From an uncultured Candidatus Saccharibacteria bacterium (GTDB lineage Bacteria; Patescibacteriota; Minisyncoccia; Phycocordibacterales; UBA918): DNA of 64,000 bases. Under the pieces are notes generated by a model that searched no databases, was not told where the DNA came from, and saw only the letters and a program-made list of their open reading frames with translations. The position numbers were made by a program, and so were the translations under genes. Below are positions 48,040 through 58,116 of this stretch, piece by piece (within the stretch, counting starts at the first letter, position 1; each line of letters begins with the position of its first letter). The DNA is taken from the NCBI GenBank assembly GCA_964350985.1, contig CAYGLK010000002.1:229406-293405 (forward strand), read 5' to 3'.

Positions 48040-49134
48040 ATGGAAATAATAATCCCTTATACACAACTTGTTAAAGCTCTAGAACTGATCACTAAAATCA
48101 GTATCAAGCATGTGACCTTGCCAGTACTCCAATGTGCCTTGATTACAGTAACTGACAAAATCACTATCAAAGCAACGAACCTGGAATTAAGTATTGAAGT
48201 TGAAGTAAAAGGTGAAATTAAAGAAACAGGAACTATTGCAGTACCTGCAACAACACTACTTCAAAGTATCCAGTACATTAACCAAAGTGATGTGGTGCTC
48301 AGAGTTGAAGATAACGTTCTTTTGATCGAAACAACTCAAACCAATACTTCCATTAAATCAATCAGTGCTGAAGAGTTTCCAAACATCCGTCACTTATCAG
48401 GAGAAAGTGTTAAGTTGAACCGATCATTGTTTGCTTTAGGTATAAAGACTACTGCTTTTGCTGCTTCTCAATCATCTATCAAGCCAGAGCTTGGTAGTGT
48501 TTATATTCAACAAAAAAAAGAACACTCACTTACTTTTGTTTCTACGGACTCTTTCCGTTTGATGGAAAAAACCGTTCCACAAAAAGGGGTTATTTTAAAC
48601 CAGTCGTTTCTAGTTCCTCAAAAAAACGCCATCGAACTTGCTCGTATCTGTGACCTACTTGAAACTGAACCAATGCTGATTGTTACCGAGAATCAGTGCT
48701 CACTAGATTTTACTGAAGAAGGAGTTTATGTGACTTCACGATTGGTTTCTGGTTCTTTCCCTGACTATGAACAAATTATCCCTAAGGAATACGTCACCAA
48801 AGTAACCTTACTTAAAAATGATTTACAGAGCGCTTTTAAGAAAACTTCTATATTCTTAAATAAGTTTATGCAGGTATCACTTACTTTGACCAACAAGGCT
48901 TTGACTGTCTCTTCACAAAATAATGACGTAGGACACATTACAGACACGATCAAGGCTGTTACTAGTGGTGAAGAGCTTTCGTTAAACTTTAATCAACAAT
49001 ATGTTATTGAACCACTCTCACACATTTCAGACGATAGTCTTGTTTTAAATTTTGCTGGAATTGGTCGACCTTTAGTTATTACAGGAGTTTCCGATAATTC
49101 ACTAAGATATTTAGTGATGCCAATGAATCGTTAG
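48040..49134 (+). CDS. dnaN: DNA polymerase III beta sliding clamp
   Basis: 364 aa with three-domain clamp architecture. Lies directly after dnaA. Confidence 0.85.
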   Translation: MEIIIPYTQLVKALELITKISIKHVTLPVLQCALITVTDKITIKATNLELSIEVEVKGEIKETGTIAVPATTLLQSIQYINQSDVVLRVEDNVLLIETTQTNTSIKSISAEEFPNIRHLSGESVKLNRSLFALGIKTTAFAASQSSIKPELGSVYIQQKKEHSLTFVSTDSFRLMEKTVPQKGVILNQSFLVPQKNAIELARICDLLETEPMLIVTENQCSLDFTEEGVYVTSRLVSGSFPDYEQIIPKEYVTKVTLLKNDLQSAFKKTSIFLNKFMQVSLTLTNKALTVSSQNNDVGHITDTIKAVTSGEELSLNFNQQYVIEPLSHISDDSLVLNFAGIGRPLVITGVSDNSLRYLVMPMNR

Positions 49135-49135
49135 T

Positions 49136-49432
49136 ATGTTTAAACGTCGAGGAGAGAAGGGGGTGGTGGCTGTAAAAGACTTATTTGCAAAATATAAACT
49201 AACTCTTCAAGCTCCACAGAAAACTGTCGAGCTAGAGTCACTTAAAGTTATTGGTGAAATCACCTCAATCAAACTCACAGAAGATCAGGTGGAGTACACT
49301 GTTTCCTCAAGGACTCTTTTTATAAAAGCGCCAAGTTTAATAAAGCAGGAATTAAAAATAAAAAATAAGCTGATTTTGGAACAGTTAAAAAAAAGCCTTG
49401 GGGCTAAGAGTAGTCCCAAGACAATTTTGTAG
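49136..49432 (+). CDS. DUF721/DciA-like small protein
   Basis: 98 aa placed immediately after dnaN, the typical DUF721 context. Confidence 0.4.
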   Translation: MFKRRGEKGVVAVKDLFAKYKLTLQAPQKTVELESLKVIGEITSIKLTEDQVEYTVSSRTLFIKAPSLIKQELKIKNKLILEQLKKSLGAKSSPKTIL

Positions 49433-49435
49433 TTT

Positions 49436-51649
49436 TTATTCCTCGTCTTCGTCTCTGTCCTCCTCTTCCTCCTGGGCTTCTTCTAGGATCTCTGCTATGC
49501 CGTAGGTGGCGTTTTTCCACTCTTGGACGGCATATTCCCAGTTGGCGTACTGACCATCACTGTTGGGGTTTACAGGGTCTGGACCAAGAGGGTTGCTCTT
49601 GTCTACATAATGAAGAATAGAGTGGGTGTTTTGGAAAACAGAAGGAAGGTTTATTAAGTCGTTGTTTTCAAGTAATTGCATTAAAGCTTGGGTATCTACA
49701 TATTCCCCGCGAAGAATTGGCTTTACGCCAACTCGATTTATAGTGGGTTGAGTAAATTTATCGTCTGGTAGTTTTGCTAGGGCAATATCCATAAATTCTC
49801 GCCACATAGGAGTTACTATAAGTCCAGATAAGCCACCACCCATTGGAGAGTTGTCGTTGTTACCTACCCAGGTACCAACAGCAATGTTTGGAGAGTACCC
49901 CATTAACCAAGCGTCTCGAAGGTTGTTGGTACTACCAGTTTTTGAAGCGACAGATTTTCCTGGAAAATTTACCAATGAGTTTGCCCCCCATAGTGGCGTT
50001 CTGGCAACGTTGTCTGACAAAATATCACTAATCATCAAAGCTGCGTTTTTATCCAAGACTTTTTTAGTTTCAACCTGGCTTTCCTCAATAATATTTCCTC
50101 GGTTGTCTTCGATCTTTAAGATGCTTCGTGGGGTAGCTCTCACTCCTTCGTTAGCAAATACACCATAGGCGTACGTCATATCCAGTAATTTTACTTCACC
50201 ACCACCTAGAACTAAAGTAAGTCCGTAGCGATCAGGGTCAGTAAGAGAAGTTATTCCCATATCAGAGGCTAGTTTAAGAGAATCTCTCATTCCAGCTAGG
50301 TACAAGGTTTTAACAGCGGGAATGTTGAGCGACTGAGCTAAGGCGTTACGTAAACTAATCGGACCAAGGAATTTATTGTTGTAGTTGTTTGGAGAGTAAC
50401 AAGGTGATTCAGAACTGTTGCTGGTCGCTGGACACTGAGGTGAGAATTGAGTCCTAACGTCAAAGACTACTGTGTCAGGTAGGTATCCTTTACTAAAAGC
50501 AGTAGCGTAAATAAAAGGTTTGATAGAAGATCCTGGTTGTCGTTCCGCTAGGGCAATGTTGAAATTCCCGTCAATTTCTTCACTAAAATAGTCACGAGAC
50601 CCAACCATAACTAGCAAGTCACCATTCCTAGGATCAACAGCAGTCATTCCAGCATTAGTAGCTTTGAAGCGGTCGACATTTGTTGCTCCTCTCTCAAATA
50701 AGATTCTCTCAGCTTCTTTTTGAAGCTCCCAGTCTAGTGTGGTAGTTACCTTCATTCCTCTTTCCATCAAGGCTTCTTCTCCATATTTCTCCGCTAAGTA
50801 TTCTCGGATGTACATGACAAAGTGAGGTGCTCGGATCCCTGTCACTGCTTGGGGTTCAAATTCAACCTCTTCTTCTTTAGCGGCATTATATTCTTCTTCA
50901 GTAATAAATTCTTTTGCTAGCATTCTATCTAGAACTAAAGCCTGTCTTTGGTTTAGAGAGTCACGGTTGTTTCCATAAGGGGAGTAGAAGGTTGGTAGCT
51001 GTGGTAGAGAGGCTAAATAAGCGGCTTCAGCTAAAGTTACTTCAGAAGCTTTTTTACCAAAGAATGATTGTGAAGCTTCTTCAACTCCGTAAATAGTTCC
51101 TCCGTACGGAGATTCGTTTAAGTAAATTGAAAGGATTTCATCTTTAGATAAAATTCTTTCAATCTTAATTGATAGGATCCATTCTTTTACTTTTCGAGTC
51201 AATGTCTTTTCTCTTTGTAGGATAGAGTTTTTGATCACTTGTTGCGTGATAGTAGAACCACCTTGTCCTCCAAGAAGATCTCCTTGTTGCAGGTTTGCTA
51301 AAACTGCTCGAACGATCGATAAGGGCTCAATACCGTGGTGGTTGTAAAACTGATCGTCTTCAATGGCGATGGTGGCGTTTTTTAAATGTCTAGAAATCTC
51401 TTCAAAAGGAACAATAGTTCGCCTGACATCCTGGTGTAGGTCATAAAGCATAATTTCTCCGGTACGATCATAAATTTTTGTGGACTGAAGAATTCTTCTT
51501 TCTTCAAAAGTAGACAAGTCAGGAATTTCTAAAGTTGAAACCCAAAACAAAACAATTGCAGACAGGACTAGTCCAGCAGCAATTACTACAATTGAAACGT
51601 CGATTAAGATGTCTTTTGAGTATTTTTTAAACCAGGATTTTTTAATCAT
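49436..51649 (-). CDS. class A penicillin-binding protein (transglycosylase + transpeptidase)
   Basis: N-terminal TM, GT51 'EDDQFYNHHGIEP' and transpeptidase 'SSIKPF' and 'KTGST'. Acidic C-terminal tail. Confidence 0.9.
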   Translation of the reverse strand: MIKKSWFKKYSKDILIDVSIVVIAAGLVLSAIVLFWVSTLEIPDLSTFEERRILQSTKIYDRTGEIMLYDLHQDVRRTIVPFEEISRHLKNATIAIEDDQFYNHHGIEPLSIVRAVLANLQQGDLLGGQGGSTITQQVIKNSILQREKTLTRKVKEWILSIKIERILSKDEILSIYLNESPYGGTIYGVEEASQSFFGKKASEVTLAEAAYLASLPQLPTFYSPYGNNRDSLNQRQALVLDRMLAKEFITEEEYNAAKEEEVEFEPQAVTGIRAPHFVMYIREYLAEKYGEEALMERGMKVTTTLDWELQKEAERILFERGATNVDRFKATNAGMTAVDPRNGDLLVMVGSRDYFSEEIDGNFNIALAERQPGSSIKPFIYATAFSKGYLPDTVVFDVRTQFSPQCPATSNSSESPCYSPNNYNNKFLGPISLRNALAQSLNIPAVKTLYLAGMRDSLKLASDMGITSLTDPDRYGLTLVLGGGEVKLLDMTYAYGVFANEGVRATPRSILKIEDNRGNIIEESQVETKKVLDKNAALMISDILSDNVARTPLWGANSLVNFPGKSVASKTGSTNNLRDAWLMGYSPNIAVGTWVGNNDNSPMGGGLSGLIVTPMWREFMDIALAKLPDDKFTQPTINRVGVKPILRGEYVDTQALMQLLENNDLINLPSVFQNTHSILHYVDKSNPLGPDPVNPNSDGQYANWEYAVQEWKNATYGIAEILEEAQEEEEDRDEDEE

Positions 51650-51723
51650 ATTGTGTTGTATATAGCCAATAGTACCATGACTTGTCTAGACAATTTAGAG
51701 CAGATTCATGGTAAAGTTATTTA

Positions 51724-52965
51724 ATGAAATTGTCTGAAGAGTTACAAACTAGAGGTTTTATTAACCAGGTTTCAGGGGACTCATTGTCAGTAGTCCTTGA
51801 TGCTGAAAAACGAGTTATTTATCACGGAATTGACCCAAGCGCTGATTCTGCTCATGCCGGAAACTTTGTCATTTGGATGTTGCTCAAGCACTTGGTTAAT
51901 GATGGGCATAGTCTGATTTTTCTAGTCGGAGGGGGCACTGGGATGATTGGGGACCCAAAACCAGACTCGGAGAGAGTTTTAAGTGAAAGAGACGAAGTTG
52001 ACTCTCGGGTGCAAAAAATAAAAACCCAGGCTCATAATTTTTTTGGTTCAGACAAAGTGACTTTTGTAGACAACTATGATTGGTTAGGGTCTTTAAACCT
52101 GATCACCTTCCTTAGAGATATTGGTAAAAAATTTACCATCAACGAACTAATAAAAAAAGACGCTATTTCCAAAAGACTAAATTCTGAAAATGGTATTTCT
52201 TATACAGAATTTGCTTACCCATTGTTACAAGCTTACGACTACCTGAAGCTCTATAAGGAAAACGGTGTCACTCTCCAGGTCGGAGGTTCAGACCAGTGGG
52301 GGAATGTTGTTTCTGGAGTGGATCTAGTAAGAAGGACAGAGCAACAAACTGTTTATGGACTGACAGTGCCTTTGATTATTGATAAAACTACAGGTAAGAA
52401 GTTTGGTAAAAGTGAAGGCAATGCAGTTTGGTTGGATGCGGAAAAAACTTCACCTTATGATTTCTACCAATTCTGGCTAAACTCTAGTGACGAAAGTGTG
52501 GTTGATTATTTGAAACTATTTACCTTCTTGCCACTTATAGAGATTGCTGCATTAGAAGAGGAAGTGAGAAATAATCCTCAAGAAAGAAAGGCGCAAAAAG
52601 TTTTAGCTAGTGAAGTGACTACTTTGGTACACGGAGCTGATTTGAGTAAAAAAATAGAACGAGTTACAGAATGTTTGTTTAGTGAAACTAATCTAACTAC
52701 GTTAAGTTCTGAAGACATTGCTTTACTCAAAGAAAACGCCCCATTAACAAATGTTACTGAAGGAAGTGAATTGGTAGACGTCCTAGTTTTGTCAGGACTA
52801 GCTTCAAGTAAACGAGAAGCAAGAACGTTTATCGAAAGTAGCGCTGTGTTGGTTGGAGGAAATAAAATTACCGAGGTCAATTTTCTCTTAACAAAATCTA
52901 CTCAAGGTGAATTAGTTCACCTTAAGCGCGGGAAGAAAAATATTGCTTTGGTCTTGCTTGATTAG
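51724..52965 (+). CDS. tyrS: tyrosine-tRNA ligase
   Basis: HIGH-like 'PSADSAHAGN', KMSKS-like 'KFGKS' and a C-terminal S4-like domain. Confidence 0.9.
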   Translation: MKLSEELQTRGFINQVSGDSLSVVLDAEKRVIYHGIDPSADSAHAGNFVIWMLLKHLVNDGHSLIFLVGGGTGMIGDPKPDSERVLSERDEVDSRVQKIKTQAHNFFGSDKVTFVDNYDWLGSLNLITFLRDIGKKFTINELIKKDAISKRLNSENGISYTEFAYPLLQAYDYLKLYKENGVTLQVGGSDQWGNVVSGVDLVRRTEQQTVYGLTVPLIIDKTTGKKFGKSEGNAVWLDAEKTSPYDFYQFWLNSSDESVVDYLKLFTFLPLIEIAALEEEVRNNPQERKAQKVLASEVTTLVHGADLSKKIERVTECLFSETNLTTLSSEDIALLKENAPLTNVTEGSELVDVLVLSGLASSKREARTFIESSAVLVGGNKITEVNFLLTKSTQGELVHLKRGKKNIALVLLD

Positions 52966-52983
52966 AGTAGTTAGTCTTAAATA

Positions 52984-53017
52984 AAAACAGCGCGGCCAAT
53001 GGCTGCGCTGTTTTTTA
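52984..53017. terminator. bidirectional terminator, an inverted copy of the hairpin at 6176
   Basis: aaaaacagcgcggccaatggctgcgctgtttttt. Confidence 0.7.
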
Positions 53018-53030
53018 TTTTGATTGTCTA

Positions 53031-53324
53031 CTACATCTCGTCGATATCATCGAAGGTGTCAAAATCAACATCCTCAGCATCTTCGTCCAAAGTCGCTTCT
53101 TCCTCGTCGTCATCTTCTTTTTCTTCCTCTTCATCTTTGTCGTCCTTCTCGTCTTCAGTAATCAAACCAAAACCTTCCAAGTCGTCGCTCGCGTCTTCTT
53201 CACCAACCTCATCTAATAAATCATCAGCTAAAGTAGCCTCTTCATCATCTGGGTTCTCTGATTCTTCCTCGTCTGATTTATTGAAAAATATCATACATTC
53301 TTTTATTACGATATGTTGTATCAA
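53031..53324 (-). CDS. highly acidic small protein (hypothetical)
   Basis: 97 aa, about 50% D/E. Co-oriented directly downstream of ruvC. Its antisense ORF 52999..53436 is a Ser-rich shadow. Confidence 0.4.
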   Translation of the reverse strand: MIQHIVIKECMIFFNKSDEEESENPDDEEATLADDLLDEVGEEDASDDLEGFGLITEDEKDDKDEEEEKEDDDEEEATLDEDAEDVDFDTFDDIDEM

Positions 53325-53367
53325 AGTTAAGGAAAAAATTCAAATTTTTTACCCCAAGGTCTATGGG

Positions 53368-53847
53368 TTAATACTTGATTCGGTTGTGGGCCAAACAGGT
53401 AACTCCCACAGCAATGGCATCGTATTCATCGTCTAAGGCATTTTCAGGTAGGTTTTTCAATAGTTTTTTTAACATTAGAATAACGGCGTTCTTATCACTC
53501 TTGCCGTAGCCCGTAACCGCAACTTTAATCTCTTGAGGTCCGTATTCATAAACGGCGCAACCAGCTTTCTTTGCCAGGTATAAGATGACCCCTCTGGCTT
53601 GAGCCACCAAAATAGCAGTTTTTACATTTTTATTAAAAAATAAAGTTTCAATTGCCACTGCATCAGGTTTATATTTTTGGAGCAAGTTATCAATCTCATT
53701 CCCGAGCAACATTATTCTTTCAGGAAATTCTTTCACCTTGCTAGTCTCAAAACAATTAGAATATAAAACAATCTCACCCTCAGGACCGTTTTCAACTAGG
53801 GCTATTCCTAAGCGATCGTAGCCGGGATCGATTGCAAGTACTCGCAT
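53368..53847 (-). CDS. ruvC: Holliday junction resolvase RuvC
   Basis: 'MRVLAIDPGYDRLGIALV'. Confidence 0.9.
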   Translation of the reverse strand: MRVLAIDPGYDRLGIALVENGPEGEIVLYSNCFETSKVKEFPERIMLLGNEIDNLLQKYKPDAVAIETLFFNKNVKTAILVAQARGVILYLAKKAGCAVYEYGPQEIKVAVTGYGKSDKNAVILMLKKLLKNLPENALDDEYDAIAVGVTCLAHNRIKY

Positions 53848-53849
53848 AG

Positions 53850-54398
53850 TTAGTTGGGGTCGCCCAAGCTATCAGCGCTAGTAAAAACCTCTTGAACATC
53901 AGCGTGGTTTTCAATTGCTTCAATTAGGTTAGCTAATTTTTCTCCGTCTTCGTCAGACAGCTCAAGCGGTGTCGTTGGTACATAGACACCATCTTTTTTT
54001 TCAAAAGCCCATGAAGCAGAACCAGGAGTAGCGATTTCAAAACCGCTTTTATGTAAGAGATGTTTGATCTCTGGAGCGGTACGGTTGTTATTGTCGGTAA
54101 TAGCAGTAATAAGTAATGCCGCTCCACCTGGACCATAGGCTTCAAAAAGAACCTCTTCTAGCTTAGTGGTATTACTTCCTTTACCTTTTTCAACAGCGCG
54201 ATCAATATTATCTTTCGGCATTGAGTCTTTTTTAGCTCGTTCAATAACTGCCGCCAGACTAGGGGAAGAGATGTCGCCATTAACTTTAATAGACTCTAAA
54301 GTAATTAACTGCGAGTATTTAGAAAAGACCTTACTTTTTTGTGAGTCAGCTGCCGCTTTTTTGTGTTTTATTTTTGACCACTTATTGTGTCCAGACAT
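53850..54398 (-). CDS. yebC: YebC/PmpR-family DNA-binding protein (short)
   Basis: 'MSGHNKWSKIKHKKAA' is the canonical YebC N-terminus. Confidence 0.85.
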   Translation of the reverse strand: MSGHNKWSKIKHKKAAADSQKSKVFSKYSQLITLESIKVNGDISSPSLAAVIERAKKDSMPKDNIDRAVEKGKGSNTTKLEEVLFEAYGPGGAALLITAITDNNNRTAPEIKHLLHKSGFEIATPGSASWAFEKKDGVYVPTTPLELSDEDGEKLANLIEAIENHADVQEVFTSADSLGDPN

Positions 54399-54406
54399 AA
54401 TATTAT

Positions 54407-55411
54407 TTAAACCCCGTCTTTGTATTGATCTAGGTGATTATTAGCTTCCGCATTAGTTACTCTACCTCGAGGAGTTCGCTCAAGTAAGCCGAGTCTAATT
54501 AGATAAGGTTCAAGTACGTCTTCAATAGTTGACTGCTCCTCTCCAGTTGCGGCAGCAATAGTATTTAGTCCAACCGGGCCGCCGCCAAACTTATAAATAA
54601 TAGATTCCAAAACCGCTCTATCTGGTTTTCCTAGACCGAGGTTATCTATCTCAAGTAATGAAAAGGTTTTATTGACCACATCTAATCCCATTTTTCCATT
54701 ATCTAACTGGGCCATATCTCGGCAGCGCTTCAGTAAGTAGTTAGCTGTACGAGGCGTAGCCCGACACCGCTTGGCGATGGCGAGCATAATGTCTTCCTGG
54801 TGTTCGATTTCAAGAATTTTAGCTGAGTGAGTTAGGATTTGAGCAATTTCTTCATCACTATAAAACTCTAACCTAAAAGTTCCTCCAGAAAAACGAGATC
54901 GGAGCGGTGCAGAAAGCATGGAGATTCTGGTAGTGGCCGCAACTAGGGTAAAAGGAGGGAGGTCTAGTTGTACGGTTCTGGCAGAAGGACCTTTGCCGAT
55001 GATAATATCCAAAACTCCAGACTCCATTGCTGGGTAAAGTACTTCCTCGATTGTTTTTGAAAGTCGGTGAATCTCATCAATAAAAAGAACATCTCCAGGA
55101 GAGAGGTTGGTTAGGATAGCGGCCAAGTCACCAATCTTTTCAATTGCCGGACCTGAGGTGCTACGCATATTTGTACCCAAGGTCTTAGCTATCAGGTGAG
55201 CTAGGGTCGTTTTTCCAAGTCCTGGAGGACCATAAAGTAGCACGTGTTCAGCAGCGTGTCCGCGCTCTTTGGCAGCAGTAAGTAAAATACGTAAATTCTC
55301 CTTAATTTTTGTTTGACCAATATAATCTTCCCAAGTTTGAGGGCGTAAAGTTTGGTCTAAATTACCGCTCAAATCACGAGCGATTGGTTTTTTTGTAGCA
55401 GCATTTTCCAT
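54407..55411 (-). CDS. ruvB: Holliday junction branch migration ATPase RuvB
   Basis: AAA+ '[11 protein letters not shown]' and the RuvB C-terminal wing. Confidence 0.95.
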   Translation of the reverse strand: MENAATKKPIARDLSGNLDQTLRPQTWEDYIGQTKIKENLRILLTAAKERGHAAEHVLLYGPPGLGKTTLAHLIAKTLGTNMRSTSGPAIEKIGDLAAILTNLSPGDVLFIDEIHRLSKTIEEVLYPAMESGVLDIIIGKGPSARTVQLDLPPFTLVAATTRISMLSAPLRSRFSGGTFRLEFYSDEEIAQILTHSAKILEIEHQEDIMLAIAKRCRATPRTANYLLKRCRDMAQLDNGKMGLDVVNKTFSLLEIDNLGLGKPDRAVLESIIYKFGGGPVGLNTIAAATGEEQSTIEDVLEPYLIRLGLLERTPRGRVTNAEANNHLDQYKDGV

Positions 55412-55483
55412 TTGTTCATTCTAGCAAATTTATCAATAATTTACCTATGCGAGACAATAAAATACCAAGGAAAGGCCTAGGTG

Positions 55484-55512
55484 TTGACAAAAAAATATAT
55501 CTGTGCTAGTAT
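55484..55512 (+). promoter_or_regulatory. consensus sigma70 promoter TTGACA-17-TAGTAT
   Basis: Perfect -35 hexamer with 17-nt spacing. No protein-coding gene lies downstream on this strand. Confidence 0.6.
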
Positions 55513-55518
55513 AGCGAA

Positions 55519-55790
55519 GTAACTCGTTCTCCAGCGCCAATAAAACGGCGCGCCACTACTGATCTTAATATTCCAGAGGATAACTCTCTAAGCAACCTGA
55601 GCACGTTGCGAGGGTTTTGTGGCGTTCACCGTTGAGTGAGAGTGCGGCAAAATTCCTTAGCGCGGTGTTCACTTTCAATGCGGAAGCTTGCTTAGAGAGT
55701 TATATTCTGGAAGCGGATCTGTAAGGAACGATTTATAATTTGACTATATCATACTAAAGTTAAAAACAAGCTTGACCCAAGCTTGTTTTT
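55519..55790 (+). ncRNA. candidate structured small RNA (6S-like long interrupted closing helix); identity unresolved
   Basis: Sits downstream of the consensus promoter. CCAGAGGATAACTCTCTAAGCAA (55573..55595) pairs with TTGCTTAGAGAGTTATATTCTGG (55688..55710) as a 23-bp helix with one G-U and one mismatch. It ends at the intrinsic terminator 55762..55790. No ORF. Confidence 0.35.
55762..55790. terminator. bidirectional terminator (sRNA / pilB)
   Basis: aaaaacaagcttg-accca-caagcttgttttt. Confidence 0.7.
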
Positions 55791-55816
55791 ATATCTCAGA
55801 ACAATAGCGGCTTTAA

Positions 55817-57544
55817 CTAGACGATGTGTGACAAAAATAAATCCGCATCATCATCTTTTTTAACTTCTGGAGTATCTTTAAAATTTGGGATCTCGATCAT
55901 TCTTTCTAGTTCTGCCATGGAAGTATCTCCGTTTACTACTTTTTCAATTCCGTCTTCAAGCATGGTCGGGATACCCTGGTTTTCTGCTGCTTCCAAAATA
56001 ACGTGCTCTCTTGGGTCGCTGATGACTGCTTCTTCAACTGCCTGGTCCATTAGGATCGCTTCAAAGATTGCCGCCCGTCCTTTGTATCCAGTGTCACCAC
56101 ACTTCGGACAACCAACAGCTTTGTATAAATTTAACGGACTGGTAACTTGGATGTTCCCCGGGTGTTTTTTTAGTACTTCAGTAATAGTATGAAATTCTTC
56201 TGCGCTAGCTTCATAAGAAACCTTACACTCCTGACAAAGTTTTCTAACTAAGCGCTGCCCCAAGACAGCATTAACAGATGTTCCTAAAACTCGAGAATCT
56301 ACCCCAAGGTCAATCAAGCGAGCGAACGCCGCCGCCGCATTATTAGCGTGAAGAGTAGAGAATACTAAGTGTCCGGTTTGAGCAGCGTGAAGAGCGGTTG
56401 AAGCTACTTCACCATCACGGATTTCTCCGATGAGAATAATGTCAGGGTCTTGCCGGAGGATGGCTCTAAGTCCAGAAGAAAAAGTATAGTCCTCACTAGT
56501 TTGAGTTTGAACAATTCCTTCTATTTTATACTCAACTGGGTTTTCGATAGTGATTATCTTTACTCCTTCCTGGTGAGTGGCTCTGAGGAAAGCATAGAGC
56601 ACGGTAGTCTTACCTGAACCAGTTGGACCCGTAGTAAGAATCAAGCCGTTTGGTTTCTTCAATTCCTTTTCCATTATTGAAAGCAGAGTTGCGTTCATTT
56701 GAATTTTATCCAAAGTGTAACTAGCTACTCCAGAGTCCAAAAGACGCATTACCATTGATTCACCAGCCGCCCCGGGGATAATCGAAGATCGAACATCGAT
56801 CTCTTGTTCTCCGATTGTAAAAGTAAAACGACCATCCTGGGCTTCTTTTCTTTGATTCAATGTCATTCCCGAGAGTAGTTTTAAACGAGACATTAACCTT
56901 TCATAAATATAGTGATCAATATCAAAAACATCTTGAAGTACACCGTCTAAACGGTAACGAAGACGGACGACGTTTTTTTCTGGTTCGATGTGGATGTCAG
57001 AGGCTTTTAGTCTCAGAGCTCCGGCTAACATTAGTTCTAAGGTTTCGGTAATTCTCCTAGAGTTATTTAGAGTGCCAACTTTTTGCATTAGGGCACCAAC
57101 GTCGTCTTTTTTACTGATGCTTTTTGAGAAATTAGTGATTTCGTCCGCACTAATATCAAAAACACCAATTTTAGAACTGGTAGATTTTTCAATATCTGCA
57201 TAACGTTTCCAAGCGTGCTCTAGACTGGCAGAAGAGCACATGTAAACCTGTATTCCTTGTCGGTTATTTTGTAGTTCCTCAAGAGCTTGTTTAGTAGTTG
57301 GGCTGGTAGGGGTTTGTGCGGCTACTGAAAGGGAGTCGTGTTTAAAATCAAAAACCACTAATCTTGCTGCACGGGCTTTTTTTTCTGGATATAGTCCAAT
57401 GGCTTCTGGGTTAAGAGTGTAGCCTTTGAGATCGATATATTCAAAACCATACTGCGGAGCCAGTGTCATTACCAGTTTTTCTTCTTCACCACGACGGAGT
57501 TCGTCTAAGCGAGTGTTGGCAAATTTATCATTAAAATTAAGCAT
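55817..57544 (-). CDS. pilB: type IV pilus assembly ATPase PilB/GspE family
   Basis: 'LILTTGPTGSGKTT' Walker A and the tetra-Cys motif 'CQECK...CPKCGDTGY'. Confidence 0.9.
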   Translation of the reverse strand: MLNFNDKFANTRLDELRRGEEEKLVMTLAPQYGFEYIDLKGYTLNPEAIGLYPEKKARAARLVVFDFKHDSLSVAAQTPTSPTTKQALEELQNNRQGIQVYMCSSASLEHAWKRYADIEKSTSSKIGVFDISADEITNFSKSISKKDDVGALMQKVGTLNNSRRITETLELMLAGALRLKASDIHIEPEKNVVRLRYRLDGVLQDVFDIDHYIYERLMSRLKLLSGMTLNQRKEAQDGRFTFTIGEQEIDVRSSIIPGAAGESMVMRLLDSGVASYTLDKIQMNATLLSIMEKELKKPNGLILTTGPTGSGKTTVLYAFLRATHQEGVKIITIENPVEYKIEGIVQTQTSEDYTFSSGLRAILRQDPDIILIGEIRDGEVASTALHAAQTGHLVFSTLHANNAAAAFARLIDLGVDSRVLGTSVNAVLGQRLVRKLCQECKVSYEASAEEFHTITEVLKKHPGNIQVTSPLNLYKAVGCPKCGDTGYKGRAAIFEAILMDQAVEEAVISDPREHVILEAAENQGIPTMLEDGIEKVVNGDTSMAELERMIEIPNFKDTPEVKKDDDADLFLSHIV

Positions 57545-57623
57545 GCTTAAAAAATTATACCACGATGAATTTATTTTAAATCAAGAATGGTTTAATTTTT
57601 AATTAGTAGGTACAATAAAATAT

Positions 57624-58076
57624 ATGCCTGAAACCACGATCATTAAAGATTTAGTAGAACTCGGTGCTTTTGCTAAAAATCTCCTTACTTACTTAAGTGA
57701 AAATCAAGACAAATATCATGTTATTGCCCTCTCAGGAGACCTTGGCGCTGGCAAGACAGCTTTTGTGCAGCAGCTAGCAAAAGAATTGGGTATTGATGAA
57801 GTGGTCACTAGTCCGACATTTACGATCATGAAGCAATATCAAGTGCCGCAGCCAAATCAGTTTAAACAGCTGTTTCATATGGATGCTTATAGATTGGATT
57901 CATTAGACGAAGTCCGTCCACTAGGGATTAGTGAATTAATGAAATCTAAAACAAACTTACTTTGTATTGAATGGGCAGAAAAAATAGAGGAAGTATTGCC
58001 GGAGGGTACTATTTATTTAAGTTTTAAAATAAGTAATGAAGATAATAGAGAGGTGGTTTTAAAGCTAAAAACATAG
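57624..58076 (+). CDS. tsaE: tRNA t6A biosynthesis protein TsaE
   Basis: 'ALSGDLGAGKTAFV' and 'SPTFTIM'. Confidence 0.8.
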   Translation: MPETTIIKDLVELGAFAKNLLTYLSENQDKYHVIALSGDLGAGKTAFVQQLAKELGIDEVVTSPTFTIMKQYQVPQPNQFKQLFHMDAYRLDSLDEVRPLGISELMKSKTNLLCIEWAEKIEEVLPEGTIYLSFKISNEDNREVVLKLKT

Positions 58077-58116
58077 ATTTTAGTCAGTTTAGAGAAAAAA
58101 CAGTATACTGAATAAA

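Noticed and set aside
52999-53436. 145-aa Ser-rich ORF on the + strand
   Set aside because: It is a low-complexity antisense shadow of the acidic minus-strand ORF and ruvC. It has no RBS and implausible composition.
55412-55800. RNase P RNA, tmRNA or SRP RNA in the ruvB-pilB spacer
   Set aside because: The P4 'AGGAAAGUCCGGGC' motif is not convincingly present. The tmRNA 'GGGG...UCCACCA' ends are absent. The SRP domain IV 'GUCCGGAAGGAAGCAGC' motif is absent. Only a 6S-like or unclassified sRNA call remains.
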